DNA from: Spirochaetia bacterium
Lineage (GTDB): Bacteria > Spirochaetota > Spirochaetia > UBA9216
Length of the DNA: 64,000 bases
NCBI GenBank assembly: GCA_963677925.2
Contig: CAXXYH010000004.1
Location: 512,001-576,000, forward strand
Direction: 5' to 3'
Of the stretch, positions 8,299-18,009 are shown piece by piece; position 1 is the first letter of the stretch, and every line of letters starts with the position of its first letter. Both the position numbers and the translations under genes were made by a program. Under the pieces are notes generated by a model. The model was not told where the DNA came from. It saw only the letters and a program-made list of their open reading frames with translations, and did not search any database.

Positions 8299-9066
8299 AT
8301 GAAAATGAAACATGCTTTAATTGCAGCTGGATGGGGGATTTTGGGACTGGGTATGATTGCTGCCGTAAATTTTGTACCAATGGCAAGTATGAAAACGGCA
8401 GAGATGGAATCCTATTTATTTTACGGAATCCCATGTTTTGCTGAACCTGATGACAAAGAGGCTTCTATGGTTATTACAAGAAAAATTGCCGAAAAAGCTG
8501 AACCAGTCACTAAAAGACTTGGTGAATCCATTACAAAGGATATTTCAGTTATTGTCTATCCTGATGCAAAGACATTACATGTTAAAACCTTTGGTCTTGC
8601 CGGCCTGTTTTTACCGGATTGGTATATAGGTAAAAATACGAATGATCTTGTCCTTATCATCTCTCCCAATAATGCAACCCCTGAACGTGATAGAGAATTT
8701 ATAATTGATGCGGGTGTGCATGAATATATCCATCTGCTTACTGACCGGCGGAATAAAGCGATGGATTTATGGCTCAAAGAGGGATTTGCTTTATATCTAG
8801 CCGGACAGAAACTGGATCATGAGAATATTATAAATCTTATGGGGCTTTCTTATAAAGAATTTCAGGCTGACAATTCCCTCAAATTTTCAAGAGCGGGGGG
8901 ATATACACTGGCTTATGTTCTGATGGAATATTTAATAGAAGAATATGGATGGGAGAAAACGCTTGTATTTCTGCAACCCGGCAGTAATTTTAAAAGTGTT
9001 ATTGGTTGTGATAAAAAGGAATTTCTGATGCAATGGAAAGTGTGGATGTCTGAACGATATTCTTGA
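8299..9066 (+). CDS. Peptidase MA-like (gluzincin) metallohydrolase with N-terminal anchor
   Basis: HEYIH (HExxH) followed by WLKEGFALY; hydrophobic N-terminus. Confidence 0.8.
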   Translation: MKMKHALIAAGWGILGLGMIAAVNFVPMASMKTAEMESYLFYGIPCFAEPDDKEASMVITRKIAEKAEPVTKRLGESITKDISVIVYPDAKTLHVKTFGLAGLFLPDWYIGKNTNDLVLIISPNNATPERDREFIIDAGVHEYIHLLTDRRNKAMDLWLKEGFALYLAGQKLDHENIINLMGLSYKEFQADNSLKFSRAGGYTLAYVLMEYLIEEYGWEKTLVFLQPGSNFKSVIGCDKKEFLMQWKVWMSERYS

Positions 9067-9222
9067 GGTTAAAGCGGTCTGCTTTTTTTATATAAAGGGC
9101 TTCAACTTCAAAATTCCCATTTATCTTTTGACTTTCAATTTTAATTTTACTTATGATGGGAGGTCCGGATCCAGTGAATAAAATTCCTGCTGAATTAACC
9201 CTGTATGCAAAGTGGACTGTTT

Positions 9223-10113
9223 TTATTCCAACTCCAGGGTCAGGTGGTTGCAGTAACAGACAGATTTAATTCTTTTTATAAAATCTTCCTTATTAAAACC
9301 ATCGCCTGCTTTTACATTCAGGATCATTACTTTGCTGTTTTCCGAAGTCCGCCATATGTGCAGATCGTTGACAGTCGCATCTGACTCTCCGGCAATTTTT
9401 TGAATCTGTTCATTATCATTTGATGCAGGATGATAATCTACAAGAAGCTTGCCTGAAGAAACCAGTAAATCGTATGCCCATTTCAAAATTACAACAGCTC
9501 CGAGTATTGCTACCACGGCATCCGGCCATGTCTGTCCGAAAAAACGTCCTACGAGAAGTGCAATTATCGCAAGCACCGAAGTCATTGCATCCGTAATGAC
9601 ATGTATATATGCCGATCTGAGATTATGGTCGTGATGATGGTGCCCATGATCATGTCCATGATGGTCATGTCCGCCTGACGACAGCAGGGCTGCACTTATC
9701 AGATTCACGATTAATCCAATAACCGCGACAAGCAATGCCTGATTGAAGATTATTGTCACCGGGTTCAGAAGTCTGTGGATAGCTTCATAGACCATATAGA
9801 CTGCGGTAATACCGAGGATTATGGCATTTGTGTATCCGCCTAAAACACCAACTTTTCCTGAAGAAAAGGCAAAATTGGGATTGTCTGCATGTTTACCTGC
9901 AATTATATAGGCAATCAAAGTAACTATCAGAGCGAAGGTATGAGTTCCCATATGAATACCGTCGGCAAGCAGTGCCATGGAGCCGGTTAGCAGCCCATAT
10001 CCAATTTCAGCAACCATTGTTATAAGAGTTATCGATACTACAATGGCTGTCTTTTTCATATTTGAATGATTATGATTGTGAATATTATGCTGATTGCATA
10101 TTCGATGCGTCAT
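9223..10113 (-). CDS. Cation diffusion facilitator (DmeF-like Co/Ni/Zn efflux)
   Basis: SMALLADGIHM, a His-rich loop HDHHGHDHGHHHHDHN, and NLRSAYIHVITDAMTS. Confidence 0.9.
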   Translation of the reverse strand: MTHRICNQHNIHNHNHSNMKKTAIVVSITLITMVAEIGYGLLTGSMALLADGIHMGTHTFALIVTLIAYIIAGKHADNPNFAFSSGKVGVLGGYTNAIILGITAVYMVYEAIHRLLNPVTIIFNQALLVAVIGLIVNLISAALLSSGGHDHHGHDHGHHHHDHNLRSAYIHVITDAMTSVLAIIALLVGRFFGQTWPDAVVAILGAVVILKWAYDLLVSSGKLLVDYHPASNDNEQIQKIAGESDATVNDLHIWRTSENSKVMILNVKAGDGFNKEDFIKRIKSVCYCNHLTLELE

Positions 10114-10120
10114 ATTGTCC

Positions 10121-10531
10121 TCACATTATTTCCTGGATTATGTTCATATTGCAGAAGAAAGATTCAGCTGTTTCCTCACCCAGGGTGTTTATAATTTCCT
10201 CAATCAGCTGTCCATGAAGAAGATGGTGATTGTCATATTCGTTTTGTCCGGATTTTGTAAGTTTCACAAAATATGAACGTTTATCATCCGGATCTTTTTC
10301 TTTTTCCAGATACTCTTTGGTAACCAGGCGATGTACCATCACTGTCAGAGTCCCGGTGGTTACACCAAGCTTTTCTGAAAGCTCCTTCATTCGAAGTTCT
10401 CCATTGTTTCCGACTACCTCAAGCAGATGCATCTGTGGGAGCGAAATTTTTCTATCAGCAACAACTCCATTTTCCCAGGATGACATCCGCTCAAAAAATT
10501 CAACCAGAATGTTTGAATACTGTTCTTTCAT
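10121..10531 (-). CDS. MarR-family regulator, probably metal-sensing
   Basis: wHTH (MKELSEKLGVTTGTLTVMVHRL...DPDDKRS..VKLT) with a C-terminal HHLLH; co-oriented with the CDF gene. Confidence 0.9.
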   Translation of the reverse strand: MKEQYSNILVEFFERMSSWENGVVADRKISLPQMHLLEVVGNNGELRMKELSEKLGVTTGTLTVMVHRLVTKEYLEKEKDPDDKRSYFVKLTKSGQNEYDNHHLLHGQLIEEIINTLGEETAESFFCNMNIIQEIM

Positions 10532-10540
10532 TTAATTTAC

Positions 10541-10580
10541 CTTGACTATCAAGATAAATTAAATTAGTTTGATTGTCAAG
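10541..10580 (-). promoter_or_regulatory. sigma70 promoter with two near-palindromic MarR operator candidates
   Basis: Minus strand TTGACA-17-TATCTT. CTTGACTATCAAG (10541-10553) and TTTGATTGTCAAG (10568-10580) overlap the -10/+1 region and the -35. Confidence 0.6.
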
Positions 10581-10689
10581 ATATTAATCGAGTTAAAATA
10601 TTTGTTATTTCTCGCTAAAAAAAAATTGCACTCAATACTCTGCTTTACTAAGATTTAGTTATGAACAGAAATCAAACAAGGCGGGTAAT

Positions 10690-12909
10690 ATGAAACTGTC
10701 TATTAAAGTAAAAATGATTTTTTTCATCTTATTTATCTCGGTAATTATATTCTGCTTCATAGGCTTTACTTTTCTCAGAACCAGAGCAAATACAATTTCA
10801 TTCGAAAGACTTGTCAAAATATCTGATGATTATGCAGTATTAAGGGATGTTGAAGCAGAAGTAATAAATATGTGGCAGCTTATTACTGATGCCAGTCTTA
10901 CACAAAGCCAGGATGTTATAGATATTGAGGTGGCAGAAGCTAAGGTTGTTTTAAAAGATAAGCTGAATGAGCTGAAAAGCAGCCTGTCTGAATTTTCAAA
11001 TGATATTGCCGCCATAGAATTTGCAATAGAAAACTTCTGGAAAATCGGTTTGAACATGAAAAACGCCTATATGCAGTCTAAAACTGAGGGTGATAAAGTG
11101 ATGAAAGAATTTGATTCGGCAGCCACCAGGATGCTTGACGCCCTGGATAATTTGACAAACCCTCTGTATGAATATCGAAGTGAAGCAACAGAATCATACC
11201 ACAGGGCAGTCCTGAATATGAATACAATTATCAGTATAGCAGGACTCATTGGGGCAGTATTAGTAATTTTTATCGGTCTGATAATAACAAGGGGGCTAAT
11301 TAAAGAGTTACGTATAACTACTGAATCTTTTTCTGCGCTGGCTTCAAGCGAGGGAGATTTGACTTATGAACTGCAGACTAAAAGTAATGATGAGTTTGCC
11401 GAAATGTCGACTCAGTTTAATAATTTTATTGCCAAGGTTCGAAATATGCTGATTTCGATTTCGGATATTATTTATAAAAATGATAAGCTTGGAACGCATT
11501 TATCTACGGCAGCAAAAAACTCTGCAACCTCGGTATTGGCGATTACCAACAGAATAGACGATGTAAGAGAAAACAGTGAAAAACTTGATTCGTCTATACA
11601 AATTGCTTCTGCAGCAATAGAGCAGATTAAGCAGTCAATTTCCAGTTTGAATAAACAGGTAACCCAGCAGTTTACTGCGATAGAGCGTTCCAGCTCTTCA
11701 ACAGAACAGATAATGGCGTCGGTGACTAATGTTGCCAATATTACAAAAAGCCGGCTTTCATCGATGCAGGGAATAGTGGATTTAATTTCAACAGGTGTTA
11801 ATCAGGTGCTTTCTACCAACCAGATTATTAAGGATATACAGAAGAATGCTGATGACATGCTTGAGATGATCGACATTATCAATAATATCTCGAATCAGAC
11901 AAATTTGCTTGCCATGAATGCTTCGATTGAGGCTGCCCATGCCGGAGATGCAGGAAGAGGCTTTTCAGTCGTTGCTGATGAAATCAGAAAACTGGCCGAG
12001 AATACGGGCGAGAACGCAAACAGAATAGAGGCAAGCCTTGTTTCGACAACCAATAAGGTTGTTGAAGCAACAAAGGCCGGAGAGGAAAGTGAAAAAGCTT
12101 TACTGGTTATTAATGCTGAAGTCAATCAGTTTTCTCAGGCTCTAAATGAGGTTTCGGTTTCAATGAATGAACTGTCGCTTGCCAGTAAGGAAATCCTGCA
12201 GTCGGTAGAAACCCTTATGGATACAAGCAATATTGTCCGTACTGCATCTGAGGAAATGTCGACCGGTGCAACTGAATCACTTTCATCCATTATTGTCATT
12301 AAGGATGTTTCAGCAGAAAATCTTAAAAGCATTTCAGATGTTTCTGAAGAGGCTGAAAAACTGTCTTCCGCGGCATTGCAGGTGGCCGCATTCAGTAATC
12401 AGAATAAATACAACAATACATTCTCCAGCAGCGAGCTCTCAAAATTAAAGACCGGTCAGGTAATCGATCCAGATTCAAATGTAAGTGTTGGAATTGACTG
12501 GACGGATATACTGTCCATTGGTGTTGATCAAATGGATGATGAGCATAAGGAATTGTTCGTAAGGATCAATAAACTGCTCGTTGCCCTGGTGGAGGGTTCA
12601 AATAATTACGATCTGTCTGAAATTGTCGGTTTTATCAACGAATATATTGATTTCCATTTTCGCGATGAAGAAAAACTGCTGGAGTCGGTTAATTATCCGC
12701 AGCTTACTGAACATAAAAAACTGCATGCAATATATGAAGCCGAATTTGACCAGATAGAAAAGCGGCTGAAGTCCGGGGAATTCGATGTCATGATGCTTAT
12801 AGAAATTCAGGAAAAGGTCGTAAACTGGCTGCTCGATCATATTGCTAAGGTTGACAGGAAATATGGCGAATATATCAATTCTCTAGGGAAAAATGACCTC
12901 ACTGTCTGA
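10690..12909 (+). CDS. Methyl-accepting chemotaxis protein with C-terminal hemerythrin domain
   Basis: Two TM helices, HAMP, MCP signature QTNLLAMNASIEAAHAGDAGRGFSVVADEIRKLAE, and hemerythrin motifs DDEHKELF, HFRDEE, HKKLH, HIAKVD. Confidence 0.93.
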   Translation: MKLSIKVKMIFFILFISVIIFCFIGFTFLRTRANTISFERLVKISDDYAVLRDVEAEVINMWQLITDASLTQSQDVIDIEVAEAKVVLKDKLNELKSSLSEFSNDIAAIEFAIENFWKIGLNMKNAYMQSKTEGDKVMKEFDSAATRMLDALDNLTNPLYEYRSEATESYHRAVLNMNTIISIAGLIGAVLVIFIGLIITRGLIKELRITTESFSALASSEGDLTYELQTKSNDEFAEMSTQFNNFIAKVRNMLISISDIIYKNDKLGTHLSTAAKNSATSVLAITNRIDDVRENSEKLDSSIQIASAAIEQIKQSISSLNKQVTQQFTAIERSSSSTEQIMASVTNVANITKSRLSSMQGIVDLISTGVNQVLSTNQIIKDIQKNADDMLEMIDIINNISNQTNLLAMNASIEAAHAGDAGRGFSVVADEIRKLAENTGENANRIEASLVSTTNKVVEATKAGEESEKALLVINAEVNQFSQALNEVSVSMNELSLASKEILQSVETLMDTSNIVRTASEEMSTGATESLSSIIVIKDVSAENLKSISDVSEEAEKLSSAALQVAAFSNQNKYNNTFSSSELSKLKTGQVIDPDSNVSVGIDWTDILSIGVDQMDDEHKELFVRINKLLVALVEGSNNYDLSEIVGFINEYIDFHFRDEEKLLESVNYPQLTEHKKLHAIYEAEFDQIEKRLKSGEFDVMMLIEIQEKVVNWLLDHIAKVDRKYGEYINSLGKNDLTV

Positions 12910-12931
12910 GTCATTATTACATTAAATTTTC

Positions 12932-12973
12932 AGCATCAGATCCCTTTTTATAGGGTTTCTGGTGCTTTTTTTT
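12932..12973 (+). terminator. Intrinsic terminator
   Basis: AGCATCAGA.CCC / GGG.TCTGGTGCT stem followed by a T run. Confidence 0.75.
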
Positions 12974-13157
12974 AGCCTAATCCGGTGAAAAAATATCAAC
13001 TCAGTAAGAAGTACTAGAATAGTACTAGTATTATTTTAAAATTCAGTTAAATATAATAAAATTCCCGCCTTGAAAATCATGCTCCAGCCGTATGTAAATA
13101 AATGAAAAATGGGGCCATAATTACAATCGAAGTTTGAATATAGAAAAGGTGGAACAG

Positions 13158-14342
13158 ATGCAGAATTTAAAAAAGAGACCCAAATGGAATAAGCTTCAGT
13201 CTTTTTCCGAAGAAACCTGGAAAAGCAATGATATTTATTCATCAAAGGAATTCAAAGAACTTATCAACTATGAGAGGGTTAGGGCTGATCGGAACGGTTC
13301 CGTTTTTTCAATCCTGTTATTCACCTCAGATATTCTATATTCAAGCAAAAAGAAGGTCGATTTCTTTATTGATGAAGTTAAGGACCTGGTAAGGGTTATT
13401 GACCATATAGGCTGGTATGATAAGAAGCATGTTGCTATTCTTCTGCCGGATACAGCCGAAAAAGGTGCAGAGATTCTTGGTAAAAAGATTCTGAACCAGA
13501 TTCCCTTCCTGCATTTGGAAAATAACAGTTTCGATATCTACAATTATCCTGATAAATGGCTCAAAAACAAGGATATGGATGTTGTTGAAAATGCAGTCGG
13601 ATGCCTGGGAAAGAAAATTGATGTAAGTGCCTGTACTGAAGATATGTTCACAATGAAAATGCCTGTATGGAAAAGAATGCTGGATATTACAGTATCTGCT
13701 GCAATGCTTCTTGTTCTGTCACCGATATTGATTTTTACCGGATTGTTTATAAAGATCATCTCTCCGGGACCTGTTTTCTTTACACAGACAAGAATTGGTT
13801 TTAAGGGAAAACCCTTTACTTTTTATAAATTCCGCTCCATGAAGTATGATAATAACCAGAGTTTTCATGGAAAGCATGCGCAAAGCTTCATTAAAAGCGG
13901 TGATGTTCCGATGGAAAAGCTTGATAATAAGGATCCACGTATTATTCCCGGAGGTCAGTTTTTAAGAAAAGCCTGTATAGATGAGCTTCCGCAGCTTATT
14001 AATGTTCTGCTTGGTGATATGAGTCTTGTCGGACCAAGACCCTGTATTCCTTATGAAGCTGATGAATACCTCAGATGGCATACACATCGTTTTGATACTG
14101 TGCCCGGAATGACAGGCCTGTGGCAGGTAAGTGGAAAGAACAAACTGACATTTAAAGAGATGATTCGTCTTGATATAAATTATTCAAAGAATATGAGTCT
14201 CTGGAATGATATCAGAATAATTTTTAGAACTCCTATTGTTATTATTGGAATGTTTACTGAGACTGTCAGTAAGAAACTCAAGACTAAACAGGATGCTTCG
14301 TCTTTGGGTTCTCTGAATATGGCCCAGAGGAAAGTTCTGTAA
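13158..14342 (+). CDS. Bacterial sugar transferase (phosphoglycosyl transferase) with N-terminal degenerate GGDEF domain
   Basis: C-terminal KRMLDI, PGPVFFTQTRIG, KFRSM, IDELPQLINVLLGDMSLVGPRP, PGMTGLWQV. N-terminal ERVRADR..FSILLF...RVIDHIGWYDKKHVAILLPDT. Alternative TTG start at 13134. Confidence 0.9.
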   Translation: MQNLKKRPKWNKLQSFSEETWKSNDIYSSKEFKELINYERVRADRNGSVFSILLFTSDILYSSKKKVDFFIDEVKDLVRVIDHIGWYDKKHVAILLPDTAEKGAEILGKKILNQIPFLHLENNSFDIYNYPDKWLKNKDMDVVENAVGCLGKKIDVSACTEDMFTMKMPVWKRMLDITVSAAMLLVLSPILIFTGLFIKIISPGPVFFTQTRIGFKGKPFTFYKFRSMKYDNNQSFHGKHAQSFIKSGDVPMEKLDNKDPRIIPGGQFLRKACIDELPQLINVLLGDMSLVGPRPCIPYEADEYLRWHTHRFDTVPGMTGLWQVSGKNKLTFKEMIRLDINYSKNMSLWNDIRIIFRTPIVIIGMFTETVSKKLKTKQDASSLGSLNMAQRKVL

Positions 14343-14392
14343 AAAATACATTTAGGACATATCGCCTATAAGGAGCCCTTATAGGGCGGAAG

Positions 14393-14429
14393 AAAAGGCA
14401 GGTTTGCATTGCAGACTTGTCTTTTTTTT
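14393..14429 (+). terminator. Intrinsic terminator
   Basis: AAGGCAGGTTTGC-ATT-GCAGACTTGTCTT plus T tract; a second hairpin lies at 14364-14387. Confidence 0.75.
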
Positions 14430-14585
14430 GTAAAAAGTAGATGTGAATCTTATGTATACTAATTACGGGCATATTTACATAAATAATCATTCCAGTTAAT
14501 ATTTTTAATCATGAAAGCCTAATTTTCTTTTTTACAATTTCGACTACCCCGTTAATAGAATAAATAATTGTAACAGGAGAAAATT

Positions 14586-15428
14586 ATGTTTGATAAACTT
14601 GTCAAAATAAATAATAAACCAAAACCATTTGAATTTTATACCGCTGAAGAGCTGTGGGATGATAACTACAGATCAACACAGATGCTTCAGTATCATCTGA
14701 ATGAGACAGTTGATGTTTCTTCCCGCAATCATCAATTTATTGTTGAATCGGCTGACTGGATCATTGAACATTTCAGGCTGGGAAAATCGTCCGGAATTGC
14801 AGACTTTGGATGCGGTCCGGGCTTATATTCGAAACGTCTTGCTGAAAAGGGACTTAAAGTTACCGGAATTGATTTTTCAAGGAATTCAATTAAATATGCA
14901 AGGGCAGAGGCTGAACTTAATAATCTGAATGTGAATTACATTAATATGAACTATCTTGATTTTAGCAGCAGTGACAGATTTGATCTTATTATAATGATTA
15001 TGTGTGATTACTGTGCTTTAAGTCCAATACAAAGAAGGGCATTACTGAAAATATTTCATTCCCATCTAAATGAAGGCGGCTCAATATTCCTTGATGTTTA
15101 TTCTTTGAATGCATTTGATAAGCGGGAAGAATCTGCCTTGTATGAAAAAAATCAGCTTTTTCAATTCTGGTCTGCTGATGATTATTTTGCCTTTGTAAAT
15201 ATTTTTAAATATGATGATGAAAAAGTCTGTCTTGATAAATTTACAATCTATGAAGAAAGTAAAAGCTACACTGTCTACAACTGGCTTCAATATTATAGTG
15301 TTAGTAGCCTGGAGGAAGAATTTAAAGAGGCTGGATTTTCATTAACTGATGTTTTAGGAAACGTTGCTGGTGCAGAATATTCTGAAAAAGGCGATGAATT
15401 TGCAGTTATAGCGGAAAAGCTGATTTAA
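14586..15428 (+). CDS. Class I SAM-dependent methyltransferase
   Basis: IADFGCGPG, VTGIDFS and FDLI motifs. Confidence 0.9.
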   Translation: MFDKLVKINNKPKPFEFYTAEELWDDNYRSTQMLQYHLNETVDVSSRNHQFIVESADWIIEHFRLGKSSGIADFGCGPGLYSKRLAEKGLKVTGIDFSRNSIKYARAEAELNNLNVNYINMNYLDFSSSDRFDLIIMIMCDYCALSPIQRRALLKIFHSHLNEGGSIFLDVYSLNAFDKREESALYEKNQLFQFWSADDYFAFVNIFKYDDEKVCLDKFTIYEESKSYTVYNWLQYYSVSSLEEEFKEAGFSLTDVLGNVAGAEYSEKGDEFAVIAEKLI

Positions 15429-15480
15429 AATCTTTGTGCAGTATTCATGAATAGAGCATATAATATATGCGGAGGTTCTA

Positions 15481-17325
15481 ATGGATATTGGAAAAACTCT
15501 ATGTAGCAGGGACAGTTTCAGCGAGATAGTTATTGGAAACACGGCTCTCGTAAGGGCTATGATAGAATCCGGCGTGGAGCTTGTATCGGCATATCCCGGG
15601 TCTCCGACGCCGGAGATCGCTGATGCTGTTCAGGCAGTAAGAAGGCATGAAGATATTTTTTATTTTGAGTATTCGGTAAATGAAAAAGTCGCTTCCGAAC
15701 TCGCATTCGGTGCTTCAATCAGCGGCAGCCTGTCGGTGGTCTTTTTTAAAAGTGTTGGCTTAAATGTAGCCGCTGATTCCTTCGTTCAGTTTTCGCTTAT
15801 GGATTTATCCGGAGGTCTTGTAATTGTTCTTGGTGATGATCCGGGTGCCAATTCCTCACAGAACGAGCAGGATAACAGACACTTTGCCAGAATGACAAAT
15901 ACGCCTGTATTTGAGCCTGCTGACCCGCAGCAGGTCTATGAAATGTTTTTAAAGGCGGCAGAGCTGTCAGTAAAACATAAACACCCTGTAATTCTTCGAA
16001 TGACTACCCATGTATGTCACGCCAAGGCCAGGGTAAATTTTGGAACCAGAGTCGAGCGTGAAAAGAAAAGCTGGCATTTTGATCCGGAACCCGGAGAATA
16101 TATTCCGCTTACAAAATCTGTTGCAGCTATGAAGAAAAGAGCCCTGCTTAAATTGGAAAAATTCCGTTTGTGGAATGACGGCTCCGGGTTTAACCGGCTT
16201 ACCGATAACGGGTCAGATAGGGGCATCATCACATGCGGGCTGCCGTCACTTTCTCTGGATGACGCTTTATCCGGGGTTGATAATCCTCCGGATATTCTTG
16301 TTCTTGGTTCTCCATGGCCTTTGCCGCTTAAGCTGATTACTGAATTCTGTGCCGGACATGATGAGGTGCTGATTCTGGAAGAACTGGATCCTTTTATTGA
16401 AAATGAAATTAAGGCTGCGGCTTTTGATGCCGGACTGAAATGTTCAATACTAGGAAAGAAGGAGCCTGAAGATTTTATAGGTGAGTTAAGACCTGAAGCA
16501 GTACGAAGCTTTCTAAGCCGGAAATGGCCTGACCTGATGGGGGAAGATCCTCCTGTTGCTGATACCCATATACTGCCGCGCCCGGCTCAGATGTGTCCCG
16601 GCTGCGGTCACCGAAGTGCTTTTCATGCAATCGTAAAGGCTTTAAAGCCTGAGGACACAACTGTTGCAGATATAGGCTGTCATACTCTTGGATATATGGA
16701 ACCGTATAGAATGGGGCAGGCGCTTCTAAGTATGGGACATTCCAATGGAACCGGGGCCGGCCTTTCAGTGTTTAAGCCTGAGGGCCGTGTTATAACCTTT
16801 CTGGGAGATTCAACATTCTTTCATGCCGGCCTGCCCGGTATTATCAACGCGGTTTTCAACAGGCATAAGATTACACTGATAGTCATGGTTAACGGTACCA
16901 CCGCAATGACCGGGCATCAGGATCATGCCGGAACAGGCGGAATAGCGATTCGTCCGGTACTGGAAGCCCTGGGAGTAGGCTTTATTGAAGAAGTTGATAC
17001 CTACAAACAGAACGAACTTTCACAGGCGGTAAAAAGGGCGGTATCATTTGACGGCTTCAGCGTTGTAATAGCTAAGCATCCCTGTATGCTGAAATTCACA
17101 AGAGAACAGAGAAAACGCGGAAAAGAGTCTATAATGAGGGCTGAAATTGACCAGAAGGTTTGCCGGAGTATTAAAACCTGTATCGCAGATTTTGCGTGCC
17201 CTTCATTCACTATTGATCAGGCAGACGGAAGCATCAGTGTAAATCCGGAGCTTTGTATAGGGGACGGATCCTGTGTGCAGACATGTTCCGCCGGTGCCGT
17301 GTCAATCGGGAGAAAACAGAAATGA
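15481..17325 (+). CDS. iorA: Indolepyruvate:ferredoxin oxidoreductase subunit alpha
   Basis: AYPGSPTPEI, NEKVA.E, KSVGLNVAAD, SSQNEQDNR, MCPGCGHR, DIGC, TPP motif GDSTFFH and a C-terminal ferredoxin. Confidence 0.92.
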   Translation: MDIGKTLCSRDSFSEIVIGNTALVRAMIESGVELVSAYPGSPTPEIADAVQAVRRHEDIFYFEYSVNEKVASELAFGASISGSLSVVFFKSVGLNVAADSFVQFSLMDLSGGLVIVLGDDPGANSSQNEQDNRHFARMTNTPVFEPADPQQVYEMFLKAAELSVKHKHPVILRMTTHVCHAKARVNFGTRVEREKKSWHFDPEPGEYIPLTKSVAAMKKRALLKLEKFRLWNDGSGFNRLTDNGSDRGIITCGLPSLSLDDALSGVDNPPDILVLGSPWPLPLKLITEFCAGHDEVLILEELDPFIENEIKAAAFDAGLKCSILGKKEPEDFIGELRPEAVRSFLSRKWPDLMGEDPPVADTHILPRPAQMCPGCGHRSAFHAIVKALKPEDTTVADIGCHTLGYMEPYRMGQALLSMGHSNGTGAGLSVFKPEGRVITFLGDSTFFHAGLPGIINAVFNRHKITLIVMVNGTTAMTGHQDHAGTGGIAIRPVLEALGVGFIEEVDTYKQNELSQAVKRAVSFDGFSVVIAKHPCMLKFTREQRKRGKESIMRAEIDQKVCRSIKTCIADFACPSFTIDQADGSISVNPELCIGDGSCVQTCSAGAVSIGRKQK

Positions 17326-17894
17326 AATTAAACATATATCTTAATGGAGTCGGCGGTCAGGGAATAGGGCTGTTAAGCGAGCTTTTGATTAGGGCATATG
17401 ATGATGCCGGATTTCAGGTGAAGGGTGTTGATACTCACGGGCTTGCCCAGCGAGGAGGTTCGGTGGAATCTCATCTTCGTGTAGGTTACCCTTCCGGAAG
17501 CCCTCTGATAGAACCCGGCAGGGCCGATATTGTCCTGTCTCTTGAGCGGACTGAAGCATACAGAGCCCTGTTTGAAATGCTTAAAAACGGCGGGAAACTT
17601 GCCTACTACGATACACTGTGGCAGAGCCTGTCCGTCCGTCTTGAAAAAGAAAAAGCTCCCGATTCGGAGATGATTGAAGCTTCTGCCCTAAAAAAGAAGG
17701 TCTCAGTTCTAAGGGTTCTGAACTCTGCTCTGCCTGATGTCAGGATGCAGAATGTTATGCTTCTTTCAAAGGCTGTCGAACAGGGCAAGTTACCGGGGCT
17801 TACAGCTGATAATCTGCGAAGCGGTCTGAATCAGCTTTTTTCAGGTGACCTGCTTAAAAAGAATCTGGATTTGGTGGAATCCGTCCTTGGATAA
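17322..17894 (+). CDS. iorB: Indolepyruvate:ferredoxin oxidoreductase subunit beta
   Basis: GVGGQG and HGLAQRGGSV.SHLR; ATG at 17322 overlaps the iorA stop (ATGA). Confidence 0.9.
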   Translation: MKLNIYLNGVGGQGIGLLSELLIRAYDDAGFQVKGVDTHGLAQRGGSVESHLRVGYPSGSPLIEPGRADIVLSLERTEAYRALFEMLKNGGKLAYYDTLWQSLSVRLEKEKAPDSEMIEASALKKKVSVLRVLNSALPDVRMQNVMLLSKAVEQGKLPGLTADNLRSGLNQLFSGDLLKKNLDLVESVLG

Positions 17895-18009
17895 AACTTG
17901 ATTAAAATTGTATAGAAAGTGTAAGTGTTGTATGCTCCGATTAGTTGCATTTCTCAAAAATTACATTAAAATTAATGATAAATAAAATCAGACAGAATGA
18001 AGTATAATT

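Noticed and set aside
13010-13030. Tandem AGTACTAG repeat upstream of the sugar transferase
   Set aside because: Could be an operator, but it is short, has no adjacent regulator and no second locus was seen.
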